The translations under genes were made by a program, and so were the position numbers. DNA of 64,000 nucleotides from Eledone cirrhosa (lineage: Eukaryota), in the NCBI GenBank assembly GCA_964016885.1, contig OZ024742.1, positions 190,712,001-190,776,000 on the forward strand. The letters run 5' to 3'. The notes beneath the pieces were generated by a model. The model ran no database searches and had not been told where the DNA came from. It worked only from the letters and a program-made list of their open reading frames with translations. The first letter of the stretch is position 1. Each line of letters starts with the position of its first letter. Positions 38,533-53,566 of the stretch are shown piece after piece.

Positions 38533-40792
38533 TTTTATCTCTTTCTCTTAATTTCGAGTATATTTTTGACCGGCCACCTTCCTGGTGGCAAGGTTGTAAA
38601 GGAGAAGAAATTGTCATCCCTTGAATCGCAAGAATGGTTTGCAAATTTTGAAGGTGCCAGCTATCGCAGCCATTTGTAGACTATGAATTAGGGAGCTACG
38701 CTCTTTGTCCACAAATCCAAGTTCAGTTATACATTGGTCCAAGCGGGTTGGTATATAACCCGTAGCTCCAATAATGATGGGTATGAAGCTAAAGGTGTAT
38801 CTTGGATACTGGATTTGTAAACTCCTCAACAATGGTCCGTAGATGTCCTCCTTCTCCTGTATTCTTCTGACAACTTTTACACCAAGTGGGGAGCTGATCT
38901 CCACAACAGAACACGTTTTCAATGTGTGGCCCTAAACAACAATATCAGGCCGGTTGTGCTTTAATTTGGTGGCAGTTTTTATTTTCAGATTCCACCAGTA
39001 TTCCTTAGTGCCATCTGTCTCAATATATTCTTCCTCGTTTGTTTTTAATTTTGTTTTCCGAAGTGTGTTCCAGATGGTTCTAGCTATCCCATCGTGTCTC
39101 ATGGAGAGGTAGTAGCGAGATGACATTCTTTCGCAGCTGGCAACAATGTGGCTTACATCTTCTATCTTTGTTTTACATAGCCTACATTTATTGTCAGCTG
39201 ATGGCTTTCCTCTTTTGTGCAGCAGGGATTTGGTAGGGAGTTCTTGTTCTTGTATTGCATAGAGATATCCCTCAAGGTGTGATGGCATAAACTTGTCGGA
39301 ACTCCATGCCAAGCTTTTTGAGTGGTTTATCCCCTCTATGGTCTGTGTTTTACGTCTCAAGTACCCATGCACCACTTTTTCTGTAAATTGCTCAATTATT
39401 TCATCTTGTTTGAAGATTGAATAGGATCTTCCGATTTCTCTGGGTGAGAGATTTATAACAGGCTTTATTCCATATCTCTCCTCCTGATGATATTTTTTTC
39501 TTCATGCTCATAAACCTGGGCATTGATGTTAAAGTTGCCAGTAACACTGAGAAGTTTGCGAGTTCTAACATCCATCTCACTTAGTTCTTGCAATGACCAG
39601 TTCAGCAGGCCAAATGTTAGAATTGGCACAGCATAAGTATTATGGGCAATGTACTTGTTGTACGCTGACAGTTCTGATGACCATATTTTCTTTACTCTTC
39701 TGAGGTATTCAGTTGTGGTTCTCTCCTTATTTATGGGTCCATCATATCTGACATTCTCATCCTGTCCAAGATATCTGTAGTTGTCACCTGACTGTAGAGG
39801 TTGTATTGTCAGTCCGTTCATCTCTAGATTTCTAGAGGAGGGCACAGCTCTTCCACGTTTTACTGCCAAATATGCACACTTGGACTCACCAAATTTCATT
39901 TTGATGTCTGTTGAAAATTGTGTAATGAGGTCCAATTGTTGCTTGATGTCATTGATATTTGGCCCATACAACTTCAGGTCATCAACAAAGAAAAGATGGG
40001 ATATACTTCTGGACCCACTTTTTTGTCCACCTTGTTTCCTGAGTAGGTAAGATATTGGATTTAGCGAGAGAACGAAGTGTAGCACTGACAAGCTTTCACC
40101 CTGAAAGATGCCCCTCTGGTAATGTATCTTATCAGTCTTAACTTGCTCCTTCTCACCTCTAAGGATCAAATTGGTGTACCAGTTCTTGGTCAGACGTTCA
40201 ACAGCAACTACCAGTGGTTGTGGGACTTTGGCTAACTGTAAAGCCTTAACAATCCACCCATGAGGTACACTATCAAATGCTTTTTGATAGTCCAGCCACA
40301 CCACAGTCATGTTTCTGCGATTCTTTGTTGTTTTTTCTTGAATCATTTTATTTGTTAGTAGGTGATCCATGCAACCCCACACCTCCCTCTTTCCACCAGC
40401 TTGCTCAGGTATTATAATGTTGTTGGTAGCACAGTGATCCTGTAAGAACAGGTTAAGGCACCCAGTATATAATTTATGCATGATGTTTTGGCAGGCAATT
40501 GGGCGGTAATTTTTAGCAAGGGTTGTTTGGCTATTTTGGGGAATGGGGAGAGTAGTGGCAGTTGATAACCATTTGGAGAGTTCTTGTGTGCCTTTAATGG
40601 TTTCTGTAAACAGCCGTATGAGATCTTGCCGATAGAAAGTGAAATTCTTCAACCAGTATCCTGTAATGAGGTCTGGGCCTGGTGATTTCCTATTCGACAT
40701 TTTCTGTAGAGCTATTTCCAGTATTGACCCATCTATGTCATATTGTTTTGTCTGGACATGTTGGCAGTAGTCCTGTTCCAGTTCTTTTAGCC
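38533..40792 (-). mobile_element. R4/Dong-like RLE non-LTR retrotransposon, 5'-truncated and frameshifted (RT + CCHC + RLE)
   Basis: KSPGPD, YRPIAC, EQAGG, WLDYQKAFDSVPH, RGIFQGESLS, HLFFVDDLKLY, YRYLG; CRLC..HIVASC, RHD, RPDIVV. Confidence 0.93.
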
Positions 40793-42230
<1,438 letters not shown>

Positions 42231-42514
42231 GTGTGTTGTACTTAGAGAGCTGTAATATAGTTTAAAATAATGGCCTGAATAGAAGTCATAATGATATAAA
42301 GATGATTCGTGTGACGAAGGTCGCTGGTGGAGAGCTGCTTAAAACTGCAGAAATAACGGTTGATATGTTGTTATATCTTCTGGGGGTACTAGAGTGTGAG
42401 AGAGAGAGATAGTTATAGAGTGAGGGAGAAAAGAGTGAAGAGAGAGAGAGAGTGATTGAGTGTGTGAGGGAGAAAAAGAAAGAGAGAGATTGAGAAAGAG
42501 TGAGAGAGGAGGGA

Positions 42515-42598
<84 letters not shown>

Positions 42599-42618
42599 GA
42601 GAGAAAAGAAAGAGAGAT

Positions 42619-42711
<93 letters not shown>

Positions 42712-43699
42712 AGAGAGAGGGGGGGGGGGGGGTAGAAGAAAACAATAGAGTAATAGAATAATAGTGGGTGATAGAGAAGGAGGGATGGGGATAGAGAGAT
42801 AGGAAATAATGAGCTTACGGTGAAAGACAGATATAAAGTAAGGTGAAAAAAGAAAGCAGATATTAATGAAAGCAGCGAGGTAAAGTTGAAGAAGAGCAAC
42901 AGAGGAAGGAAAGAAGAAAGAAAATAACGACAGGAGAAGGGAGGAGACGAATAATATTATTATTACTATATATATATATATATATAGCGAAGAAGAAGAA
43001 GAAGAAGAAGAAGAAGAAGAAGAAGAAGAAGAAGAAGAAGAAGAAGAAGAAGAAGAAGAAGAAGAAGAAGAAGAAGAAGAAGAAGAAACTGATGAAGAAA
43101 TCAATAAAATCAGAAAGAGGTAGTCATATTAAGGTCTTGGCAATGGGATTAACATAACAGTCTTGGAAAAATAGGTTGGTCCTTCTCACTATTTATTTTC
43201 GTATGTGTGTGTGTTATTTTCGTTGTGTCATATCCGCAAGTGATTTGCAGTGACGTCCATTTTGACGTCAGTACTTATGTATATGTTGTCATAGCTATAT
43301 ACTCTCTCTCTCCTATATACTAGGCAGAGTAAATTTCAAATTTCAAGTATTACCAAATTCTTTTTTATGTTTTCATCATTTTAAATTCAGTCAATAAAGT
43401 ACTATATTAAGATCCCAAATAGAATTATCCAAATTGTGTACCTGCTATATCATAACAGAATAAATAAGGCTTGTTGCTTAGTATTTTGACAGTCATGTGC
43501 AACCTGCGATACGCGACGCTTTCTGAATGGCTCGCCTAAGTTACCTAAGTGAAATCTTTCTGATTTTTTGACCCGTAGCTTTTCAGTCGTAATTTATCTT
43601 TCTATCATTTTTACGATCGAGGAAAACAACGTGTACGAATTCCAAACAACCTGAGTTACCGCCCCTTTTTTAATGTGGGCACGAATGTAAATTAGCGCT

Positions 43700-43766
43700 T
43701 GCGGCCCACCTGATGATGAGCCATATCTCTTGCGGCCCGTTTCTGGAAAAAGTTTGCCCATGCCTG
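43700..43766. mobile_element. Possible hAT-type non-autonomous element terminus
   Basis: gcggccc subterminal repeats ending aagtttgcccatgcctg (reverse complement CAGGCATGGGCAAAC); partner end not found. Confidence 0.4.
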
Positions 43767-43779
43767 CTTTAGAAAGTTA

Positions 43780-44085
43780 GATTTACAACGGTGAGATTGT
43801 GAGGTCCATACCTGGATCAGGTGATGTGTTTTATTCCAGAGCAAGACACTTTATTTCACGTTGCTCTAGTTCACTCAGCTCTAGAAATCAGTTGCGACGT
43901 GACAAGCTGTATCAGCCTTTGCTTTCCCCTCGGACGACATGGGTGACGTGGAAAGGGGAGACTGGAATGCATGGTTAGCTGCTGGTCGTCCATAAAATCA
44001 CTTTGCCTGGGCTTGAGCCGCAGAGGGGAACATTGTAGGTACGTGACGCATGGACGTTCATGACCGAAGGGTGTCTTTGCCACTT
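43780..44085 (+). mobile_element. Degenerate SINE of a second family (related copies ~20340-20500 -, ~61810-62100 +)
   Basis: Shared gagcaagacacttt..gttgctc..ttcactcagct core. Confidence 0.5.
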
Positions 44086-44388
44086 TTTATAAGAAAGACA
44101 TTAGTAGGAAAGCGAATGAATAAAGGAGTAATTGTTATTAGATTGGACATTGAACAGATAAACTCGTAACACTTTTTGGGCATCGTAAAGCTACTCTAGA
44201 TTCATATGGTATTTCATGGACATTTCTAAAGCCTGGCGAGACCCATCTTCTCTCTATGTCTGACCACAGCCGATTTCTTAAAGAGAAAGAGAGTGAGTGA
44301 TAAAGAGGAAGTGAGAAAGAGATACAGAGAAAAAAATTGACTCTAGTACGTACAGTATTAGTATTTCTTGTGTAGACCTTGAAATAAT

Positions 44389-44578
44389 TGTTTCTACTTT
44401 TGGCACAAGGCCAGCAATTATCCCAGTGCATTATTGGTACTTTATTTTATCGACTCCGTAAGGATGAAAGGCAAAGTTAACCTAGGCGGGATTTGAACTC
44501 AGAATGGCAAGGGCCGTAACTCTATCCATCAAAGCATGGCGTCCAACCCTCTACCGATACTGCCAATTCACCGCCCTA
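44389..44578 (-). mobile_element. Full-length OK-like SINE with 19-bp TSD
   Basis: TSD gtgtagaccttgaaataat at 44370-44388 and 44579-44597. Confidence 0.92.
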
Positions 44579-45410
44579 GTGTAGACCTTGAAATAATGAG
44601 AGGCAAAGTTAATCTCCGTGAGATATAAACTTAGAGCACATACAGCTGGAACGAATAACACAAATGATTCTAGCCGACTTTCTAACAAATCTGACAATTC
44701 ACTGCTGTACAGAACCAATATTTGTGAGGTTATATAAACGATTAGCCATTGGTTAGCAATCCTATTTTTTGCGGGACACGTATACGAGTTTCAGAAGATT
44801 GGAACCCATGCCTTTATTTTGCTGATAATCCGCTCTTCTAATCTAATACTATTAAGAAACCCAATGAAACAAAACTTTAGAGCGAGTATATATTCGTTTA
44901 AAAAACATCAAGAACTTGAATATATCTTTATAACATTTTATTAAAAATTCTTATCCCGCGGAACCCAACAATGTTTCCTCGGAATCCTGTTTCTCATAGG
45001 AACACAATATGGAAAAGGTTGTAATTGATAAAGGGTTGTTCAAGAATAAGAGTCAGTTATCACTATTATTATTATGTCATTTCTATTGTAGTTAACTGGC
45101 AGAATACATATATCGGAGGAAAAAGATTTCTGGAATTTATTCTAACTCTTTTAATACTGAGGTCAAGTTTACCTTTTGTTCTTCCAGGGTCGACAAAATA
45201 GAATATCAATCCAATACTGTGGTCTGTGTATCTGGTTTAAGATAGGTACGCATATACTTGAATGTTGTAAGAGGAAACCAAAATCGGGTGGGCAACCGGC
45301 TGCAAAACATTACCTCAGAAACGACCCCATGATATATACGTCTATCATACGGTCCGGAATGATCCCCAGTCAGAAAATATCCTTAAATCGCTTATTGCGT
45401 ACTATTATCT

Positions 45411-45600
45411 GGTGGATTGGCAGTATCGGTAGAGGGTCCGACGCCATGCTTTGCAGCAAAGAGTTACGGCCCTTGCCATTCTGAGTTTAAATCTCGCCGA
45501 GGTTAACTTTGCCTTTCATCCTTACGGGGTCGATAAAATAAAGTACCAGTAATACACTGGATATTTGCTGGCCTTGTGCCAAAAGTAGAAACAATTATCT
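45411..45600 (+). mobile_element. OK-like SINE, followed by older degenerate copies to ~45940
   Basis: A/B boxes and family core; short attatct duplication at ends. Confidence 0.88.
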
Positions 45601-47102
45601 ATATATTATAAGTTTAAATCCTACAAAGTTGCCATTTATTCTTCCTGGGTCTATAAAATAAAGTATTAGTCAAATACTCGCGTCGATATAATTGACTTTA
45701 TTCTCTCCTCAAATTGCAGACCTTGTGGCTAAAGTAAAAAGCATTATTAAGGGCAGGATTGGTAGAGCGTCAGACAAGATATCTTGTGCAATTTGATTCT
45801 GCTCTTTATCTTCTATGTTTCAACTTAGAACATGTCGAAGTGCCTTCAATCAATCCATGATTGATGAAAAAATGTACCAGCCAAGCATTGGATTTAATTT
45901 AGTCGACATTTCTCTCCCCTTAAAGTTGCTGACTTGCACCGAAATTAGAGACGATTTTTTTATGACGGTATCATCCAAACAGCAAAGGCTTTCGAAACCT
46001 GAGATTGATTTTAGGAAATTCGAAAAAAAAGTGTGAAGCATTCAAAATAAGTTATTCACAGAATATTTTAACAAGAAGTCACGCGTAGAAAGATTGTGTT
46101 GTGAATTCCAAGAGACAAAAAATCACTGGGTTCACTCAATCCACTTTATACATCCCCTAACATTGCTCTCGTAAAGAAAATTAGGATTTTGGCAAGATAA
46201 TATGGAAAAGTTGTGTAGAAATATATACAAAAATGAAAATTCTGAACTCAGTATCGGAAGGTTTCCAAATAGATCGAAGACATTCTGTATTAGAAGATAT
46301 TATTTAAAAAAAAAAAATTATTATTCCGTGAAGCTATTCTGATAAAGTTTAGCACTTTGAAAAGCAATCTGAAAACACGTCTTAAAAAATTCAGCCGGCA
46401 ATAGTAACAACAACAACAATAATAATAAGAATAATAATGATAATAATAATAATGTAATCACATTAATATATACAATAAATCGATACATGAATAAGTAAAC
46501 AAATAGTAAAATAAAACATGTAGGATCTGAAGGAAAAGATAAAGTTTTTGATGTAAAGAACGTGCCATTTCCCGGGAATGATCTGCTGTATTGTGAAAGT
46601 AAGCCCAGCGTGAAGCAACCACAGAAAGTTTTACATGGTGATGCAACATTTCATACAGACATTACAAAACTAACAACTGCATCACCACCAGCAACAAGAA
46701 AACTAGCTATATAAGATAACAACAGCAACAACGACCACAACAACAAGAATGATAAAATAATGCAGGTACACGCCTAAAACAACAAATATAATCTAACAAC
46801 CGCAATTACAATAAAATAATTGAAAACAAAACATGAATGTTGACAACGGCGGAAACACACTGTTAGCATTTCTTGAAGCAATCGCCGTTAAATGCATGCC
46901 AAGGCACATTTTCACAATGTCAGTTGTGACTTAGGTGAACGTGAGCAGCAGAATAGAAGACAAGCACACCAACAAATCAAAACCTTGACATCAGCGAACA
47001 GGTTTCAATTACATCACTGATTATATTATCCTGAATGATCAAATCTACATTCATATACGCTTTAAACAAGATTAACTAAGGGACGAAATGTAATTATATA
47101 TA

Positions 47103-47603
47103 CTAGCAGAAAAACCACCCCTCGCGTGGTTTTCTGCTAGCATGTGTAGTGTGTATATTGATATTATACACAAATATATATGCATGTAAATATGATACAT
47201 CAAATAAAATCGTAATTGACAATATACACAGAAATTGAACAAAGCGTATGTTACACTTTCTTCTGTAATCATTAATCCATCTTATATTAAAAAAAAAGAC
47301 GACATTATATATAAACTGCATTAGGAGAAAATTAGCGAAGGAAATATATGCGATTATAAGCGTTCTAATATAACGGTCGCTAACCGGAACTGTTGACATT
47401 TGAAAATGTTAAAGAAGTGAATTTTAAAGATTAAGCTATAAAATATATTTAATCAACAGCCTCGAAATTTAGCACATAAATTAAATAAAGTACCAGTAAT
47501 ACACTGGGTAATTGCTGGCCTTGTGCCAAAAGTAGAAACAATTATTTATTCAAAGTAATCCAACTTATTTTACAAACGGGGTAAACAAATATATTCTGGA
47601 CGC
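47103..47603 (-). mobile_element. Second copy of the Helitron-like dispersed repeat, with SINE 3' remnant at the same junction
   Basis: Reverse-complement homology to 5393-6030, including the terminal hairpin 47103-47140. Confidence 0.55.
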
Positions 47604-47814
47604 AATCCCGCAGACCTTCCTTTATTATAGTTAAGATATATATGTGTGAATGAAGTATTTCTGTCGGAAAGGTACAGGAAAAAAGAGTGCTCTAAATGGG
47701 CTACAGAGCTTATTAGTTATGTAATAAACAACATAAAATAATTATTTCATTTACCAGTAATTATTTCATTTATTAGTTTTTATTAAATATTTAATAAAAA
47801 CACCATTTTATTTA

Positions 47815-47875
47815 TTCATTCTGACGACTGAAGAAAGATATAATATCTGCCTTCAAGAAACCACTGGCAAATGAA
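47815..47875 (+). ncRNA. Hammerhead motif with mutated cleavage triplet, in a PLE-type remnant (47711-47905)
   Basis: Stem I ttcatt/aatgaa; CTGACGA 47821; stem II tgaag/cttca; GAAA-CCACTGG-CA; the inverted copy at 47716-47758 preserves the ancestral GGTA. Confidence 0.65.
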
Positions 47876-48499
47876 ATAATTATCTTATGTTGTTTATTAC
47901 ATAACATATATATATATATGATTAGACTTTGTGTATTTGTATCTCTGTGTTTGTCTTGTTTATTCTTGAACTATATATATATATGTGTGTGTGTGTATGT
48001 ATATATATATATTTTTTATTTTTTTCTTATATTTATATTTTTTTCTCAGCTGCGATTGTCTGTTTCTTTCTTACTGCTTCCACTCTCTCTGTATCTCTCA
48101 CCTTCTTTTTATCCCCTCTGCCAGTCACACTCTCTCTCAGCTGGCCTCTTCCTCACACTTCCACTCACTCACTCTCTGCTTCTCTACCTCTCTCACTTCC
48201 TCCCGTTTGACCTGTGTGAAATCATTTTCTCGCTCACATCTCACACAAGTCGGATGGTCTGTATCTCTCGTCCATGATTTCACTAAGCTTAAGCTTATAG
48301 ATATCATGTACTTGTCTCTTCCTATCTTTCCGTTGCAATACCATCTTTGTTTGTTTACACGACTCGCTCGCTTCACGCTATTTTACTTGGTCCCAATAAC
48401 TTTATTTCGTTATTGCTCGCACCAACCAGAGGTATATGATTTTTAAAGCGATGATATACCAATGAAGGTTGGAAGATCACTGATGAAGGACTAATTTTA

Positions 48500-48555
<56 letters not shown>

Positions 48556-48649
48556 TACAGAGACACACATTGATACACACAGACACAGACACGCACAGAT
48601 ACACACAGACAGACACATACACACACTCAAACACAAAAACACACAGACT

Positions 48650-48694
<45 letters not shown>

Positions 48695-48726
48695 TTAAAA
48701 GAATAGAGGTGTAACAGACAAGTTAT

Positions 48727-48805
48727 TATATATTGGTAAACGGAATAGAAAATGCTGACAAATTTTTCACTGTGAACAATTTGTCAGCATTTTCTATTCC
48801 GTTTA

Positions 48806-48815
<10 letters not shown>
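48727..48815. repeat. Near-perfect palindrome (44-bp arms) abutting (TA)n
   Basis: attggtaaacggaatagaaaatgctgacaaatt..ttcac-t-gtgaa..aatttgtcagcattttctattccgtttaccaat. Confidence 0.92.
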
Positions 48816-48845
<30 letters not shown>

Positions 48846-49755
48846 TATCCGTGCTCTACAATAGCGATGTATACATCAATGCATGTATAGTATATTTGAC
48901 AGTAAGTTTAATTAAACAAATGTGAAGATCATTCTCTGTGATAAAGGCTAATGGACTAGAAACAGGACTGTCGAACAGTCTCTTTTGCTTTTGCTGAGAA
49001 TAAGGAAGTGACATAGTCACTACTTTAAAATTCATAGCGAATGGTCTTCAACATGTTTTAAATTAAACATACAGTATATTACCAAATATACTATACATAC
49101 ATTCATATATATATATATATATATATGGGTGTGGGGGGACCTGCCTAGCGAGTTTCGTAGAACTCTGCGGTAGTTGATGGTCAACTTCCTTCGGACCTGT
49201 GCCTGCGCAGACCGGTGGGGGTGAATTGGGACTCACAAGGGAACGGGCGAAGAACCTAAGAGCACGTGCTTTGTCCGTTCCCATGTTGATTCAATTTGGA
49301 TTGCATCGGAAACATAACCTTATTATGTAACAAACTGGCTGATGGTGTCACGGCACTGGCGCACCGAACCGTGTGGCCACTGTCGTCATTGAAATATGTA
49401 TCACAGTATTATCATTAAAGGACTTTAACATCTGAAACTACTTCGCTTTTTCTTATTCGATATATATATATATGTAAAGTTAATTTTAGGCTTAATCAAT
49501 ACATATAAAATATATAATCGATATTGCGTCTCATTACAAAGCTTAATAAACTTAAGTTCAGACCATCGATAATATAAGTATAAGCGATATGTGGAGAGCA
49601 TTTCTAAAATTCTTCAAACGTTAGATGACTAGGAATTTAATGAGTGAGATAAATATATACCAATGATTTAACATATCGTAAAGGAGATCATGGTCATGAG
49701 ATGTTTATCAATAATAGAATATTGGTGATCGATACTAATTACTGTGATTAGTCGA

Positions 49756-49833
<78 letters not shown>

Positions 49834-50675
49834 ATGAACGTTTGCATAAAAAAAAATGAAGCATAAAAACGTTTCAAGCATACCCCGAGTTTATTATAGA
49901 TTAAGAAGAAAGAACCTTAATTTGAACGCCTCAGCCGAAAATACTGATCATTGCTTTGCTAGACTATCAGATAATATCAGTATACTCATTTAAGTAACAT
50001 ATTTCGAAAATCCACGATGTAGCTAGAGTGTATGCCTCTCCGTCAAATTCATGGATGAGTATTCTGTTGTTCGAGTGTTCACTTGCACTAACCACTAATT
50101 GAATAAATGGAATGAATATCAATGATTTTCAACGTTATCTGTTCCAGTTCTTTGATTAACAGAAGAACCCGCACATGAAATTATGAGTATGAGGCTACGC
50201 ATTCCACAGAACCCAGTATCGTTAATATAATTATCAGGGAGATTAAACATGAAATAACGTGTGAGAAGGCTAGTCCTTTGAACTACAGATAAAGGAAATT
50301 CTAAGGTCTTCGAAACGGTTTTCGTTTACACAATTTCGCTCACAAGTCATGGGTTCGCTCATGGCTGTGAGACTTGACACGAAATAAGGTCGGAACCACG
50401 ACGTAATGGTTACTGTATAAACATAAAAATAACATCACAAAGACGGCATCAATTTTATTGTTAACAATACCACCTGTGACCCGTTAGGGTTAGGGTTAGG
50501 GTCACGTTCACTTCAAAATATTCTTTAAAAATCATGTTCAGTTAAAAATAATTTTAAAATAATTAGAATATACACAGACATGTATATAATGTGAAATGAA
50601 ATTGGAAGACCCATATATATATATATACATGTGCGCATGTATATCTATAAATGTGTGTGTACACACACACACGCA

Positions 50676-50800
<125 letters not shown>

Positions 50801-50808
50801 TTATATAT

Positions 50809-51575
50809 TGTTATACTTTGGGAGTGTCATGTTGCCAATAAGAGACACACGCACCACTAGCTTTCACTTCAATTTATTATAAATTTTATAAATTTCCGGT
50901 TGGTTGGTTCCAAAACCTGATGGTTGTTTATATATTGTCAAAGTTCTTTCGTTACACATAGGAAAACGATTAAATGAACACTGGCGAGAACTCCTAGATA
51001 GGAAAGACTCATCAATACTCTACCAACATGCTAAAATAGAACATAAGGGCAAATTAGAGAACAGAGACGAACATAAAATCTCCACACAGAAAAGACGCAA
51101 TGCTTAGACAAATCACAGAGGCAATAAACATAAATGAACTCCAACCAAAATTAAATAGAAAACATGAATGGAATAGCAACATCACAACTTACAATTAAGG
51201 ACAAAATGAAAACATACACACATAGAACAAACAACTAACTAGTTACATGTAAATAAACAAATAAATAAAAAAATTAAAACACACACGGACACCCGGATGC
51301 AACACATGCGCAAACTAAGCACACAACACACACAAAAACAAGATGGCGTAGGACAGAACAAAGGAGAGGCACAAAACAAAGAAAAGAATCCCTGGTCACT
51401 GAAGAGGTCACAGAATGTGTGACGAAAGAACTTTGACAATATATAAACAACCATCCGGTTGTGGAACCAACCAGCCAACCGGAAATTTATAAAATTTATA
51501 ATAAATTGAAGTGAAAGCAACTGGTGCGTGTGTTTCTTATTGGCAACATAACCCTCCAAAAGTATAACAATATCG
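50809..51575 (+). mobile_element. Penelope-like element 3' end: inverted pLTR piece + GIY-YIG C-terminus + pLTR with hammerhead
   Basis: KRLNEH..SILYQHAKIEH and RQITEAININELQPKLNRKHEW (50960-51172); 50809-50959 is the reverse complement of 51415-51572. Confidence 0.85.
51395..51437 (+). ncRNA. Minimal type-I hammerhead ribozyme
   Basis: gtca CTGAAGA g gtcaca-gaatg-tgtgac GAAAG-AA-CTT tgac. Confidence 0.72.
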
Positions 51576-51627
51576 GCTTCAACACACGTTTTCAGATAAA
51601 AAATCTTGCTAAACAAATTCAGAAACG

Positions 51628-51664
<37 letters not shown>

Positions 51665-51692
51665 ATCAAAACATGGTTAAAAGAGTTCCAAG

Positions 51693-51763
51693 TATTTTAT
51701 TATGCGCATTTCAAAAACAAATATTATCATGGGATGATATCTGCGTTTTCATCAGATAAAATA
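51693..51763 (-). ncRNA. Type-I hammerhead ribozyme, same family as 13385-13455
   Basis: - strand tattttat CTGATGA aaacgcagatat..atatttgttttt GAAAT-GCGC-ATA ataaaata. Confidence 0.75.
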
Positions 51764-52917
51764 GTGATAAATGATATGAAGCTTAAAAAACACTTGTGAA
51801 TAGTGAAGTTTTAAATCAACATATGAAAAATAATTTGAGATTGGGAAAAAGTGAGGCGGGGTAGGAAAAGGTAAGGAAGAGGAGGAGATGAGAGTAAAGA
51901 ATGGTGGGGGAAGAGTATAAGAAGGAAGGATGAGAGAGGAGGAGAGATGGGTGATAGAGAGAGAGAAATAGCCTTTACAACTGAGAAAAAAAATATATTG
52001 TCTCACAGAGAGAAGTTAAAAAGCCGTTGGAAGATAATAGATAATTTAAAAGAATTTGAAATTAAAAGTTAATGAGTTTTATGCATGAAGAGAACAAGGG
52101 ATTAAGAATAATATTAAATGAAGGTTTGTATATTGAAGGGTTTAATAATATGTGCGAGGAAAATAAATTATTAATATGTATTATTAAAATAAAAATATTA
52201 ATGTTATTAATGTGAAAAGAAGTAAAAAGAATGAATGAGTTATGAATTTAGAGGAATTAGTGTTTAAGTTTGTTTTTATGTAATGTAATATGTGTGCGTA
52301 ATATATGTACGTAAATAGTTTGTTTAAAAATGAGCGCAGAAAGCAAAGAAGAAAAGAATGTTTAAGGAAGAAAATATCTAACATAAAAAATATATATGTT
52401 TACGAAATATTTTCTAATGGTAATAATATAATATATTAAAAGAAATTAGTTAGGGTTTAAGTTTGTTTTTATGTATTGTAATATGTAAAAGTCAAACGAG
52501 CATGAAAGGAAGAAATAAGGAATTTAAGGAAGAAAAATCTAACGTAAAAAAAATTGTTTATGTTTACGAAGGACTATTAAAGGTAATACTATAATGTATT
52601 AAAAAAAATAATAATTTTTATGGCCAATGATATGAAGAAAGATGGAAGAATGGATAATGTTGTGGTGAGTAATAATAAGAATTGAGAAGTAGTTAAGAAG
52701 AAAAAGTACAGATTAGAGGTTAGAAATTAGAAAGAAAAGAGGAAGAAAGGAAAGTGATAAAGAGGAATGATATATCCAGTGGAACTACATACCGATTGGT
52801 CGAAATACAGTTTGCAATATTTAGCATTGTGGAGCCACTTTTCACTGTATATAAGGCACAACATTTACCCATCTCATTACAGTTGAAAATTGCAAACTTG
52901 ACTGTCAGCACAGAATA

Positions 52918-52956
52918 TGAACCTGAAGATTGCAAAAGCATGAAAGTACTTGTTCA
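52918..52956 (+). ncRNA. Minimal type-I hammerhead ribozyme
   Basis: tgaac CTGAAGA t tgc-aaaa-gca t GAAAG-TA-CTT gttca: 5-bp stem I, palindromic stem III AGTACT. Confidence 0.78.
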
Positions 52957-53108
52957 ATTAACACTTAACATTTAATATTCCACCATACTATTTCATTCTA
53001 ATACCATTATAAATTTTAAAGGATTGTAAATAAAACGAGTAAATCAGACACAGCTGGAATTCCTTTTATTAATATAATCTTCTATACACAATCATACACA
53101 CCCGTGTA

Positions 53109-53164
<56 letters not shown>

Positions 53165-53169
<5 letters not shown>

Positions 53170-53378
53170 ACTTCCTGATGATCTCTCCCGAATGAAACAG
53201 TTGTAGTCCTGCAGAAGCCATATCTATATATGAAAAAAAAAAAATATATATATGTGTTTATCCCGGGTCCAATAGGGTGTAACAACAGTTAGTAAAGTAC
53301 TCAATACATAGCAGAGTATAAATATTTAATATAGAAATGGCTTCTACAGGACTGGAACTGTTTCATTCGGGAGAATAT
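53165..53378. mobile_element. PLE-type remnant with degenerate hammerhead (53175-53205) and inverted copy (53337-53378)
   Basis: CTGATGA..GAAAC-AGTT-GTA; stems I/II decayed; homologous to 16961-17142. Confidence 0.55.
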
Positions 53379-53387
53379 ATACATTCA

Positions 53388-53525
<138 letters not shown>

Positions 53526-53566
53526 CATACATACATCCTGGATATATATATATATATATATATATA

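Noticed and set aside
48476-48500. CTGATGAAGG hammerhead start
   Set aside because: Truncated by (TA)n; no GAAA or stem III
52720-52941. Minus-strand ORF vaguely like a GIY-YIG start (CCALYTVKSG)
   Set aside because: Motif match too poor; the + strand hammerhead explains the region better
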